From Geosiphon pyriformis uo1 (lineage: Eukaryota > Fungi > Glomeromycota), in contig JAAOMT010000372.1 in NCBI GenBank assembly GCA_016748015.1, positions 1 through 64,000 on the forward strand: a DNA stretch of 64,000 nt, written 5' to 3'. The notes under the pieces were generated by a model. It did no database searches and was not told the origin of the DNA. It saw only the letters and a list, made by a program, of their open reading frames with translations. The position numbers and the translations under genes were made by a program. This document shows, piece after piece, positions 23,001-34,651 of the stretch. Position 1 is the first letter of the stretch. The number at the start of each line of letters is the position of its first letter.

Positions 23001-24747
23001 TCCATTGTAGTTTCCAGTCAAGCTGCATGTTAGTCCTGTGAACAATTTTTTAGCTGGTATGGTCAGAATTTTTTTGGATTGTGAACTGTCTTTGGCGAAC
23101 ATTCTGTCTAGTGCTTTTAGGAATCCTGGTGTTTTTCCTATGCCTGTAATTTTGGAAAAGTCCTTGTTTCTTAGTTGTGTTCATTCTCTGAAGTGTTTTG
23201 GGGTTGCCTTTGGTGACAGACTTCTTAACAAAAAAGGTGCTGTAATGGATTGGAAGACTTTTTGTCATTGGAAGAAACTTGATCCCAGAAGCCTTGTGCC
23301 TCATTGGTTTAATGTCATGCATAAGTTTTTGCTGGATAGGAGCTTGGCGCCACATGCTGCTGATGATACTGGTGATTCTTTGGGCTGTAGTGTTTTGGAC
23401 TCTGAACAGTTTGCTTTTGTGCAAAATGGTCTGCTTGAAGTTTGGTCTGACTTTTTGGATGTTTATATTGATGGTTCATTGAAATCAGCTGGCTCCTTCA
23501 ACATGATTAGTGAGACCACTGCTTATTTTCCTGCTTTAGATGCAGAAATTGGTGTTGGTGTATGTGGGCTTTTATCTTCGACTCTGTCGGAATTGCAGGC
23601 TGTGGCTCTTGCTCTGGAATGCATTCCTTCCTCATGTTCAGTGGTTTTGCATCTCGACAGCCAAGCTGCCATTGATGCATGTGTGTCTGAATTGGCTTTT
23701 GTTGTTCCTGACTTTCACAATCATTGTTGGATTGAGAGAAGACATGTTGCCAATTTGATTAAGGATAAAGATCTTGCTGTAAGTTGGGTTAAAGTCAAGG
23801 GTCATTCTGGAGTTCCTAGCAATGATTGAGCTGATGTGCTGGCTGGTGAAGCTGCTGGCTCTCCCATTTCTTTGCCGTCTGGAGTTCGTAAGTGTTTTCT
23901 GTTGGCTAAGGGTACTGCGGTTTCAGGTAATGCTTATTACTTTGTTAGAGATGTTTTTAGATCTGTTTGTCATGCTCATTGGGAGGCTGGTCTGGGTTAT
24001 AATGTGGTTTCAGCTATTCCATTGCAGCGTTTTGATTGGAACATTTCCACATGGGTCTGGCATCCTGACTTGCACATGCTTGCTAGATTTACCAGCCAGA
24101 AATCAGTGAGTCTTCACACATACTTGATGAAAGCTCTACATAGAAGATTGCCAGTGGCTGTTTGCAAAAGATTGTACAATAAATGTTATCCTGGTGTTCA
24201 GTGTTTGTTATGTGGTGAGGTGGAGTTGTCTGACCATGTTTTTACTTGTTCTCAAGATGTTTATGTGCAAGAAGATATTCTGTTAGAGGTATCTGCTTAT
24301 TGGATTTCCATGGCTGGTGCGTGTAACTCATCTTCTTCCTCTGTTTTGAAGACTCTTGATCTCTGCCGGTTGGACGTTGGCTTGTATTCAGTTTTGTGTA
24401 GAGGATTTGTGCTTAAGGATTGGTGTGCAGAGACTGTTGGCATTTTTGAGGATGTTAAGTGTGCTTCTGATGTGGTTGTTAACTTTGTGAGGTATTTGGT
24501 TGAATTACATTGATCTAAGGTGTGGTTGGCTAGGTTTAAATTTAGGGTGAACATAGAGAAGACAGGTTTGGTTGGTGATAATAGTTTGGTGTTAGAACTG
24601 TCGCATTGCATGACTTCTATGCTTTTGGATGGCATGATCAGATTGCTTGGCATTGTGGAGTCTTTTGCTGTAAGTTTTGGCTGTCGCAGGCCTTGTCTTT
24701 TTTTTTCTGGTTTGGATGGTAATCTGTGTGTTAGTTTAAGTGTATAG
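20056..24747 (+). pseudogene. LINE-2 ORF2: AP endonuclease - RT - RNase H - CCHC; several nonsense codons
   Basis: LGGDFNE, IDYI, DH (APE); KAAGLSGIPNEL, LNQDEVFSPLLW, AFVDDT (RT); VYIDGSL, ELQAVALAL, DSQAA, WVKVKGHSG (RNase H); CLLCGEVELSDHVFTC. Confidence 0.92.
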
Positions 24748-24893
24748 TGTTGTCTTATCTGGCCCGAGTGGCTAGCCACATGTAGAAAGTGTGTAAATTG
24801 CATTTAGTTTAAGCCACTTGGTTTGGTTCTATGTACTAGGTAGTGGTTGGGCTTTACTCATTAAATGAATAAAAAAAAAAAAAAACTATATTA

Positions 24894-27800
24894 TTATTCA
24901 ATTATAAACTTTTTTATATATTACAAATTAAGTTTATTAAAATTATAAAAATTTTTGTAATATTTAATTCTAATTTTATTTTTGTTATTGTTGTTTTTTG
25001 TGATATTTTTTTAAAAATTATTATAAAATTGTTAAAAATGTTTTTGGTAAATACTTTAATATTAAATTAAAGTTTATTAAACAATAATAATATAATATTA
25101 TTTATTTTAAGTTTTATATATTATTATTAAATAAAATTACAAATTTAGGAATTTTTATTTAATAATAATAATTTTATTTAATAATATTTATTTTAACTAT
25201 AAATAAATATATTTATAATATACAAAAAAAAAAGTCTTATTAAAAATTTTTTAAAGTAAAAAAACATCTTATTAATATTTATTTTTAAGTAAAAATTAAC
25301 TTAGTATTATATTTTAAGAAAAATAATCAAAATTTTACTTTTTTATTATTATTATGTTTTAATAAAGTGTGGCCAATTATTATTTAATACAATACACTAA
25401 ATTAAATGACCTAAATTAAATATAACTCATGTGTTTTTTACATGTAATTAATCATTTAAGTTAGTTAAAACACTAATTAAGATAAATTAAAAGAAGCTAA
25501 AAGTAAATTTTGTCTTTTAAGTTTCTTAATAACACTATTCAAATTTTTAGAATCAAAAATAAAATCACTAAAAAATAGCTTAGTTTTTTTAATATAACTT
25601 TTAACATTAAGATTACATATTTGTTACAAAGCAATTATACAGTATTATTCAATAAAAATTAACAAAAATCAAAAATAATAATATTATAATATATTAACTA
25701 ATTATTAAATTACAGTATAAATAACATAAATTAATAAATAAAATTACAGTATAAATAATATAAATTAATGAATAAAATTAGAAAATATAATATGTATACA
25801 ATAATATATAAAACATACACAAATATATCTAATTTAATATAATTATAAACAAATAAGCCAAAAAGTATTTATAATCAAATAAAAGTTCTAATAGCTTAAC
25901 AATTATTTACTAATTAATTAAAATAGGCACAATTATATATAACTCAAAATATGTATATATATAATAGTTTTCTAACTAGAAAAAAACAAACAAAAAAATA
26001 ATAATAAAAAACAAAAAAAAATTATTTAAATAAAATAAACAAAAAAGTGGAGAAATTAGATTATAATTTTAAAAAAAGTTAGAAAATATGTCTTTTAAGC
26101 TTTGCATTATAATATTTATTAATACTAAATTTAGTAGAATTAGAAATCTTCTTTCTTTATAATTTGGTTTCTTGTAAATAACTCAAAAGACCACTATCTT
26201 TTTTTATTATTATTTTTTTATTGATGAAAACAATAGTAGAAATATCTAATATACTAACAAAAATATAAACAAAATTAATAATATTAAAAACACATTAAAA
26301 AAATATTAATTACATAAAATTACTTATAATAATATCTTGGCCAAAATTAATAGTTAATTTAAAAATCTGAAATAAGCTCTTTATATCTTTGAAAAATAAT
26401 TTCTGATCAAGATTATTTAACAAATACTAATTTTGTTGAATTTTACTATTTATTTTTAATTTTTTTAAATTTATTAGAAATAGAATACTGTTTTACTATA
26501 AGTGAAAAAATACAAACATCTAATATTAGCACAAGATAAAAAAAGTATCTTTATAAGAGCTTTAAAAAAAAACACAATTGAAAGTATAGAAATACAACAA
26601 AAATTCTCTTTAGAAGACTAGTATAACAATAATTATCAACAGCAATTTTAATAAAAATATTATGTTATACATCAAATCTAATAACAAAGACACTTACCAG
26701 AAAAAATTATTTAATACCTGCTAGAAAATTAGAAAAAACTTATTTAGATTCTTAAATAAAAAAATAGTAGTAATTTATTAAATAAAAATTTAGTATAAAT
26801 TAAAATTAATGCTAATTAAGACTGATATACTTATTTTCATGTCAAAATTAAATAATTTTTTATATTATTATTTAATTTAAAAAGTTATAAAAATTAATTA
26901 TAGTATGGTCACTAAGAAAAATAATCTGTAATATTTGGTGTTTACTTCAAGATTCAATTTTAATCTATTCAAATTACTTAGATTTTAGCAATAATTAATT
27001 GTGTAAATTAGTAGATCAAAGTAGCAAAATTAATAACAATTACTAATTTTTTTAACCAAAACTTATATTACCAATTTTAAAAAAGATTGAAATTACTTTT
27101 TAATTGTCCTCTAGCTAAATCAATTTTTAACTACTAAATATATTATTGAATTCAATACTTATTTGAACAAAATTCAAAATTTAAGAACAAAAATGAAGCT
27201 TATTTTAAAAATTAATCCAATACATCATGCTATCCAACACATAATTATTTCCAATAACTTTAATACAAATATACTAAAAAATTAAGAAATATATTTGAGA
27301 AAATTTTTTACTTATCTTTAATAAAAACAAAAAAGACAGCAATAACTAAGATAATGAACAAAAACTAAAAACTTTAATACAAATATCTTATCAAAAAATT
27401 GTGAGTTAACAACAAATTCTAATTTTATTATATAAAAAATTTTGAATTATATTACCAGAAATCTTATCTTATTATCTGTTACTAAATAACAAAATTATAT
27501 ATATTATTAAGAATTATATCTTTATTTATTACAAAAACAATCTTTTGAATTTTTAATTATGTTTACATCTTATTCAATATTATTCATAGAAAAAAATACA
27601 AGAAAGAAGTAAGAAAAACAGATAGTAAAAATAAGCCAATAAAAAAATAATACTCAATAATAAGCACATTGTTAAAAAATCATAATATATTGTTTAAAAA
27701 TATGTAAAATCTTATATAATAAAAATTATGTATATATAGTAAGAGTGTTAAAAGCAGAAAAAACAGATTAGTTCAGAACAACAATACTTTTTCTTTTAAA

Positions 27801-28180
27801 AAATAGTTTTCTATAACTTAAAATAAAATCATACCAATATTAATAAAATTATTTATTATTATTCAATTTATGTTATCATCACTTAATTAAAGAAATATTA
27901 ATTATTTTTACACTATTAACACTCCATGTTAATAAAATTTAATATTTAACTACATTGAACCAATAGTTCTTAATTATAGCTATTAACAAGATACTAATTT
28001 CTTATTTTTTTTCTTATTTTTTTTTAATTTCTTTTATTTTATTTTTTTTGTTGTTTTTTAATTGATTAAAAAAATTAAGTACTAAGTTATTAATATTAAA
28101 AATAGCCTAATAAAAAATCTGAGAACAAGAGTAAAAAACTTAAAAATAGCTTATTAGAAAAGCACAACTGTCAAAATAAA
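24894..28180. other. AT-rich tract containing probable fossil TE sequence and, at its right end, part of the 5' LTR of element E
   Basis: CpG-free. 26300-27470 retains coding-like texture; 28000-28184 continues at 37619 across the element-B TSD. Confidence 0.5.
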
Positions 28181-28184
28181 CTGG

Positions 28185-28838
28185 TGTTACGGTTTAAGAA
28201 TTTAGCAAAAAAAATCATAAAAATAATACAAACTATTCAATCATAATATAGCACAGTAATAATCTTAGAAAGGTAATGATTAACATAGTAGCAAACACCA
28301 TCTCGTGATAGTGGCAAGCACCAGTTCACAATAGCAGCCAACACCAACTGGTGATAGCAGCAAACACCAGGTTGAAATANNNNNNNNNNNNNNNNNNNNN
28401 NNNNNNNNNNNNNNNNNNNNNNNNNNNNNNNNNNNNNNNNNNNNNNNNNNNNNNNNNNNNNNNNNNNNNNNNNNNNNNNNNNNNNNNNNNNNNNTTACTA
28501 ATTGATAAAAGCTTTATTGTGAGAATTAGAAAAGCGCTAAAGACCATTAACATTCTGTGTTTCTAGATTAGAGAAACACATCAGGCAATTGCAAGGATAG
28601 CCTCAGAGAAGACCCCAGACAGTGGGTAGATTTCAGTTCAGTCTCTGAGAAAGAGTACATAAACACATACAACAATCAAGAATTAAAGAATAACTTATAT
28701 TGCAACAGTAAAAAAAGAAAGCCTTCAGTGTAACAGTGACATTATCACACAAATAGAATTGAGGAACTCATGAAAGACTGATTGCAATTAAAGCGGAATA
28801 TCAGCAATTAAATATAACAAGAAAACCATCCCGTAACA
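28185..28838 (+). repeat. 5' LTR of element B (contains an undersized N gap)
   Basis: TGTTACGG...CCGTAACA; matches 36786-37614 on both sides of the gap. Confidence 0.93.
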
Positions 28839-28840
28839 TT

Positions 28841-28858
28841 TGTTGAACCCTACGAGGA
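28841..28858 (+). promoter_or_regulatory. Putative primer-binding site of element B (TGTTGAACCCTACGAGGA; TGT instead of TGG)
   Basis: PBS position, 2 nt after the LTR. With one change it would pair with a tRNA ending ...AGGGTTCACCA. Confidence 0.5.
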
Positions 28859-28920
28859 AAGAAAATCAAAAAGGAAATAATAATTAACAATAATTCATTG
28901 CTAAAAAGGAAAAGACAAAA

Positions 28921-31900
28921 GTGGCGACAAAAACCCCTAATCTTACTGTTTTTGAATTCTGCCGTGCTATTTACACACAAAATTAAAGTGATCTTGGATT
29001 ACCAGAAGGGTGTTGTCCAGCAGAATCTGCCCTCACTTATTATATCAATGCCAGAATAAATTATCATATAGGAAAGGAAGAAAAACCACACGACGCAAAA
29101 CTTGGATTGTATAGAGAATTATCACAATATACTACAAAAGAAGTAGCAGTAATAGCCACAACTATTGTCAAAATCCATCGAGAAATTGAGCAATACGCCA
29201 ACAAAAATTTTCCAATATCCACAGGAAACACTAGGGAACGCGCCAACAAAACCAAAGAAAATTTAGAAACTAATCAGGAAAGTAACCAGCAAAAACTAGA
29301 AACACCAGCTCAAACACCAAAGAAAACTGTCACTCAATCAATAAAGAAACAACGTATTTATTCACCAGAAGATAAATCATACCATTTTTCACCAGAAAAT
29401 AAGATACAAATTCCATTAGGAGCTGCATCATCATCAACATCAACTCCACAAACGCCAAAAACTCCTAGTTATATTGATAAAATTAAACAACGTAACTGGG
29501 GAGACATACCAATTACAGGAGGATATTCATCACTATTCCAAAACCCTCTTTTTCAGCCAAAATTTAGAACGGGGTTTGAAAACCGTGAAGAGGAGTCTGA
29601 ATCGGAATCTGAAAAAGAGACCAGTGAAAAAACAATCATAAGACCAGTCATTGGAACAAGCAGCCAGTCCAGAAACCAAGAAACTCGTGATCAAAAAGAA
29701 GAACCGGATATAAAGGAAGCCACCTTTAGAAACGCTCAAGGAAATATCATCCCACCTCCTCTTAGACCAATAAACCCACTAGCAGAAAACGGCAATGAAA
29801 TGACCACACCATACATTGTAAGACTAACAGATTTCTCAGGAGAGGAAGAAGAAACGGACGTGCACACATGGCTCAGAAAAGCACAAAAAGCCATCCAGAC
29901 AAATAACTGGAATGACCAAAGAGCAATTCAAATATTACTTTTCTTCCTGAAAGGCACAGCTGACTCATGGTATCAAAGTCTGGAAACAAAACCCACAAGC
30001 TTTGCCAAATTTAAAAATGCATTTCTGGAGTATTTTAGCGATCTAAATGCCGTAATCCAACTACAGAACGAATTCAATACTATCAAGCAAAATACCGGTG
30101 AAACTGTTACCCAATACCTTGCTCGATTCAATCGAATTTGCTGTCAGATTGAAGCGATTGAACAAGGATACTACACTGATCCTCAGGTTTTAAATCAGTT
30201 TATTAGAGGATTAAAAAGCAGCATTTTAGGAAGAGTACACCCTGCCCATCCTAATTCCTTACCAGAAGCTGTTATGCTCGCCAGAGCCCTTGAATCAGCT
30301 AAGAAAGAAGCTAACCATAGTTAAATGGTTAACATGGTAATAGAGGAAAATAAGACAGAAACATTAGAGAAAAGAGTAATGCGATTAGGGGAGGAACTCT
30401 TTAAGAAAATAGAAAGTTATCTTATCCCGGATCTGAGAAAAAATACATACCAACCACCCCAAAGATGCAGCCAGGAAGTCAGCGACAGTCAAAATAATCA
30501 CTCATCACGCCAGAAATTCAGAACAGAAACGCGCACCTGCCATTTTTGCAAATGCATAGGACATTTGATTAGTCAATGTCAAACATGAATGATGCAGAAA
30601 GCACGCAAAAATAATTACTACGCACCACCCCAAATGCCCAGAAACCAGTACATGCCAATACCATGCCAATATCCCACCACGTATCAAAATCAAGGAGCTT
30701 ACCAGCAACAGCCCATGATAGCCAACCCGAATTGGCATCCCGAGGCCTAAAATCAGCCCATGTAGAACCAGAATGCATTGGTCCAAAGGAATCCAAACTG
30801 CGCCGGAACCAATCAGCAAACCAATCCAAACTACCAAAATTATCAACAAACTTACCTTAATATACCGGAAAACCTGATCATCAGAAACAATGATGGTAGA
30901 AACATAAACAGAACCAAGAATTCCTCCAAATTGAGCCAGACAATACCACCAGCAGTTGCCACCGAAGATAGCAGCCTCACAGTTATTTTTCTTTTTGAAT
31001 TAGAGGAAAATAAGGCTATGTTTAGTGGAGCAGCATTGAACAAAAAACGCCCAATCACTACTATATATACGGAAGCCACTGTAAACAATACTCCAATCAA
31101 ACTTATTTTAGACAGCGGATCTGCTGGAAGCATCGTAACGCTTCAACTAGTAAACCAACTGGGTTTCAAAGTTGATCGTGCCACAACGTTCCAAATTATA
31201 ACAGCTGATGAAAGTACAAAGCTGCTTCATGGCAAAATTGACTCATTTCCTTTCGAAATTAACAGTATAGTAATACCTACAAAAGTATTAGTAATGAACG
31301 CTACACAATATCAAGCATTAGTAGGGAATGACTGGCTAACAAAAGCCAATGCCACTCTAGACTGGACCACCCAAGAGCTTCTGATCAATTATAATGGCCA
31401 CCAGGCCAAAATTTCAGCCACCTGTGGCCACTTCCAAAAACCCAGCACCAACCAAAGATCTACTTCGAATTTGAGGAAAATCCAGCACTACCAGCCATCA
31501 AAACCTATCAGCTCTCTTGGGCTGATGACCAAAGAACAAAACTACCAGCCGTACCAACGTGGACCAGCAAAGAAAGATCTGAATGGAACCAGATAAGTTC
31601 ACGAAGAAACCACCAGCGACGCAGACCAAAGCTAGAATGCTCGGTTTGCAAAAAAAAACTCTTGTCTATGACTGCGTGCAGTGCATCGGATGAAGACCCA
31701 AGAAACCCCATCCACTACTATTGTAACTGTTGTAACAAAAAAAAATACGGTTACCCAAAAAGACACGGAAAATGGAACGAAGAACCGTGCCTCACTTGTG
31801 GAGAACCATTACCAAGAGGGTGTGACTGGAATGACTTACCAGGCAGAGGAGAAACATGTGACGCAACTTGCCAATACACGATCCTCATCTGTGACTGGGT

Positions 31901-34622
31901 AAGAGGAGGAATGCCATTCAAAGCAGCATTCAACAGAGCATTAAAAAGACTACAGCACTACCCACATGATGAGGACAAGTTGTACAATACTGCACAAGCC
32001 AAAGTAAGAGAAGGAACCGCTAAAGAAATACAACATTGGAAAGAGTCAGCCAAAGTAGCTGACGAAGTCGCCAGCTACAACATGTTTGACCCAGTGGACA
32101 AATTTCAGGACTACTACCAACAACTATGTCCCACTCGACAAGAGCAAGAACAATACCTCGCCCAAATCAACACTTATCTCTATGAAAACTGTCTCATCCT
32201 GTGCCAAAATCAGTGCTGTGAAGAGTGTCAAGACAAAAGAGACTTAGAAAGAAAAATGGAAATTGAGAATCAGCAGTCTCAAAATCAATCAATAAATCAA
32301 CAAGACTCACCTGACGGTCCCGAGTCAGAAAAATTTGTAGCCTATACCAACCTAGAACAGGTGACTGACATCCGATACTTCAACAATGGGCACTTAGGAA
32401 TAATATCCAAAAGAGCCCATCCAACCAATGCCAGATTCAATCTATGTTATTTGGAAGACCAATCCACAACATTACCACCCAGGAGCATCACCAAAATTGA
32501 CCTAAAAATAGCGGTTGAAATTCTGCCAGGAATAATGGTTCAAATAGCATCACGATCAAGCCTTGTGAAAAAAGGAATAAGCGTTCAAGGAGGAGTAATT
32601 GACTCCAGATACACTGGAAATTTGATGGTTTTGCTACAGAACAATTCAGAAAAGCCTTATACCATTGAATCTAAGGAAAAGATTGCACAAGCAATTTTCC
32701 TACCATTGGTAAAAATTGGGAAATTTGTGCCAGTGGAAAATCATGAGGAATTGTCACAAACAATGAGAGGAACTTTTGGTTTTGGATCGACAGGAAAAGA
32801 AATTAAAGCAAATTTCGCTGAAACAATAGAGGAAAAAGGCGAAGTAATTAAAAATGAGTGGTCCATCACACTCCTACCATATGGAAAATCAGAAATAAAA
32901 AGGACAATTAAAGAAAAAGACCTAATATTTGAGCCCTACCCAGAAACTTGCCAACAGTTTCTCATAGAACTTACTAACCTTTTTATTCCAGCTGATAAAG
33001 CTCAATGGATAAAAATTCCTATCGCAAACACCACAGAAGAACCCATCTATATTCCGGAAGATACCATCATTAGATACCTCGGAACGGAGCTAGAAAACGC
33101 ATTAACACCACAAGAAATTCTAAATTTCCCAGAAATTGCCCTCTACTGTGAACTCACTTCAATAAATTGGCAACAACTATTAGAATGCTATCAATTTACG
33201 CCAGAAGAATTGGCCAAATTAAACATTGGAACAATGAATTCTGACCAATAGCGACAATTAAAAGCATTAATTTTAAAATACTCTGATATATTTTCAAGAA
33301 ATGGCGAATTTGGAAGAACCAACTTGGTTCAATACCAAATTCTCACTGGAGACGCCAGACCTGAAAAACAACATGCTTACCGTGTTCCACCAATGGAGCA
33401 TAATTTTATCAGAGAAGAAGTTCAAAGCATGTTGGAAAAAGGAATAATACAATCATCAATGAGCCCATGGTCCTCACCAGTTGTTTTAGTAAGGAAAAAG
33501 AATGGAAAAATTAGATTTTGCATCGACTATTGCAAACTAAACAGCAAAACAACCAAAGACTCATACCCAATACCATTAATTGACAAAATCTTCGACATTT
33601 TTGGAGGAGCAAAATAGTTTTCTATACTGGACTTGACCAGTGGGTATTGGCAAGTGGAAATGGACCCAAAGAACAGGCATAAAACAGCATTCACAACACA
33701 AAATAGCAATTATGAGTTCAATGTAATGCCATTTGGATTAACAAACACTCCCGCGACATTCCAAAGACTAATGAACGTAATTTACTCCGGAATTCTGTGG
33801 CAATCCGTTGTTGTCTACTTGGATGATACAAATGTTTTCTCGTCAAAATTCACGGATCATTTCCAACATTTACAACAAGTTTTTGAGAGATTGAGACACA
33901 CTGGACTTAAACTAAATCTAGAAAAATGTTTCTTTGGGAAAAATGAGCTAGCATTTTTAGGACACATAATTGGAAAAGATAGAATAAAACCAGATCCATC
34001 AAAAATAGACAAAGTGAAAAATTTTCCAGTACCTCAAAACATTTCAGAAGTTAAAAGCTTTTTAGGACTCACATCTTACTACTGCCGCTTTGTAGAAAAC
34101 TTTTCAAATATTGCCAAACCTCTTAATTACCTACTATCTAAAAATGTGAAGTTTGAATGGACTGAAGCACAACAAAAAGCTTTTGAGTACCTTAGACAAA
34201 AGCTCATTGAATCACCAATAATGATCTATCTGAATTTCAACAAGAAATTCAGTTTGGCCACAGATGCCTTTGGAACTGGACTTGGAGCCATTCTGTCACA
34301 AAAAGATAATAATAGAAGAGAATGTGTAATCGCTTATGCCAGCAGAAGTCTCAGTACGGCAGAACAAAACTACACAGCACATGAACTTGAATGCTTAGCA
34401 GTAGTCTGGAGTTGTGTTCACTTTGACACATATTTATGGTACCAACCCTTTGAGATTACGACAGATCATAGAGGTCTGGTCTGGTTAAATAACAAGAAAG
34501 TGCTAAAAAGAAAATACGCCAGATGGTCACAAACGTTAGCACCATATGATTATATTATCAAATACAAAGAAGGTACCAAAAATGTTAATGCCGACTGTTT
34601 GTCAAGAATAAGACACACATAA
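28921..34622 (+). pseudogene. Element B gag-pol (GUG-initiated extension, capsid, CCHC, protease, Cys-rich domain, dUTPase, RT, RNase H), with nonsense codons and one frameshift near 31460
   Basis: CHFCKCIGHLISQC; LILDSGS (31111); ASRSS, GGVIDSRYTG, IAQ, RGTFGFGSTG; SPWSSPVVLV, VYLDD (33816); LATDA, YASRSL, ELECLA, TDH, NADCLSR, then TAA. Confidence 0.93.
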
Positions 34623-34651
34623 AAATCACCAACCCACCCACCACAACAACA

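Larger units (their letters stand above)
18081..24882 (+). mobile_element. LINE-2: full-length non-LTR retrotransposon with poly-A tail and 11-bp TSD
   Basis: TSD aaactatatta at 18070-18080 and 24883-24893; poly-A from 24871; two ORFs. Confidence 0.95.

Noticed and set aside
25707-25780. Two-copy 34-bp tandem repeat; similar small duplications at ~38652-38703 and ~43558-43585
   Set aside because: Isolated slippage duplications with no sign of function.
28285-28376. Repeat-spacer arrays in LTRs (also 11168-11282) as mini-CRISPRs
   Set aside because: Spacers are only ~7 nt, the arrays are duplicated as part of LTRs, the context is eukaryotic and there are no cas genes.
31440-31480. Frame change after the protease in B as a programmed frameshift
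   Set aside because: No slippery heptamer, and C keeps gag through dUTPase in one frame. Best explained as a 1-nt decay deletion.
32375-32800. dUTPase as a counter-defence against the C>T hypermutation
   Set aside because: dUTPase cleans the nucleotide pool and cannot prevent deamination of C or 5mC in DNA; D/F lack it yet show comparable decay.
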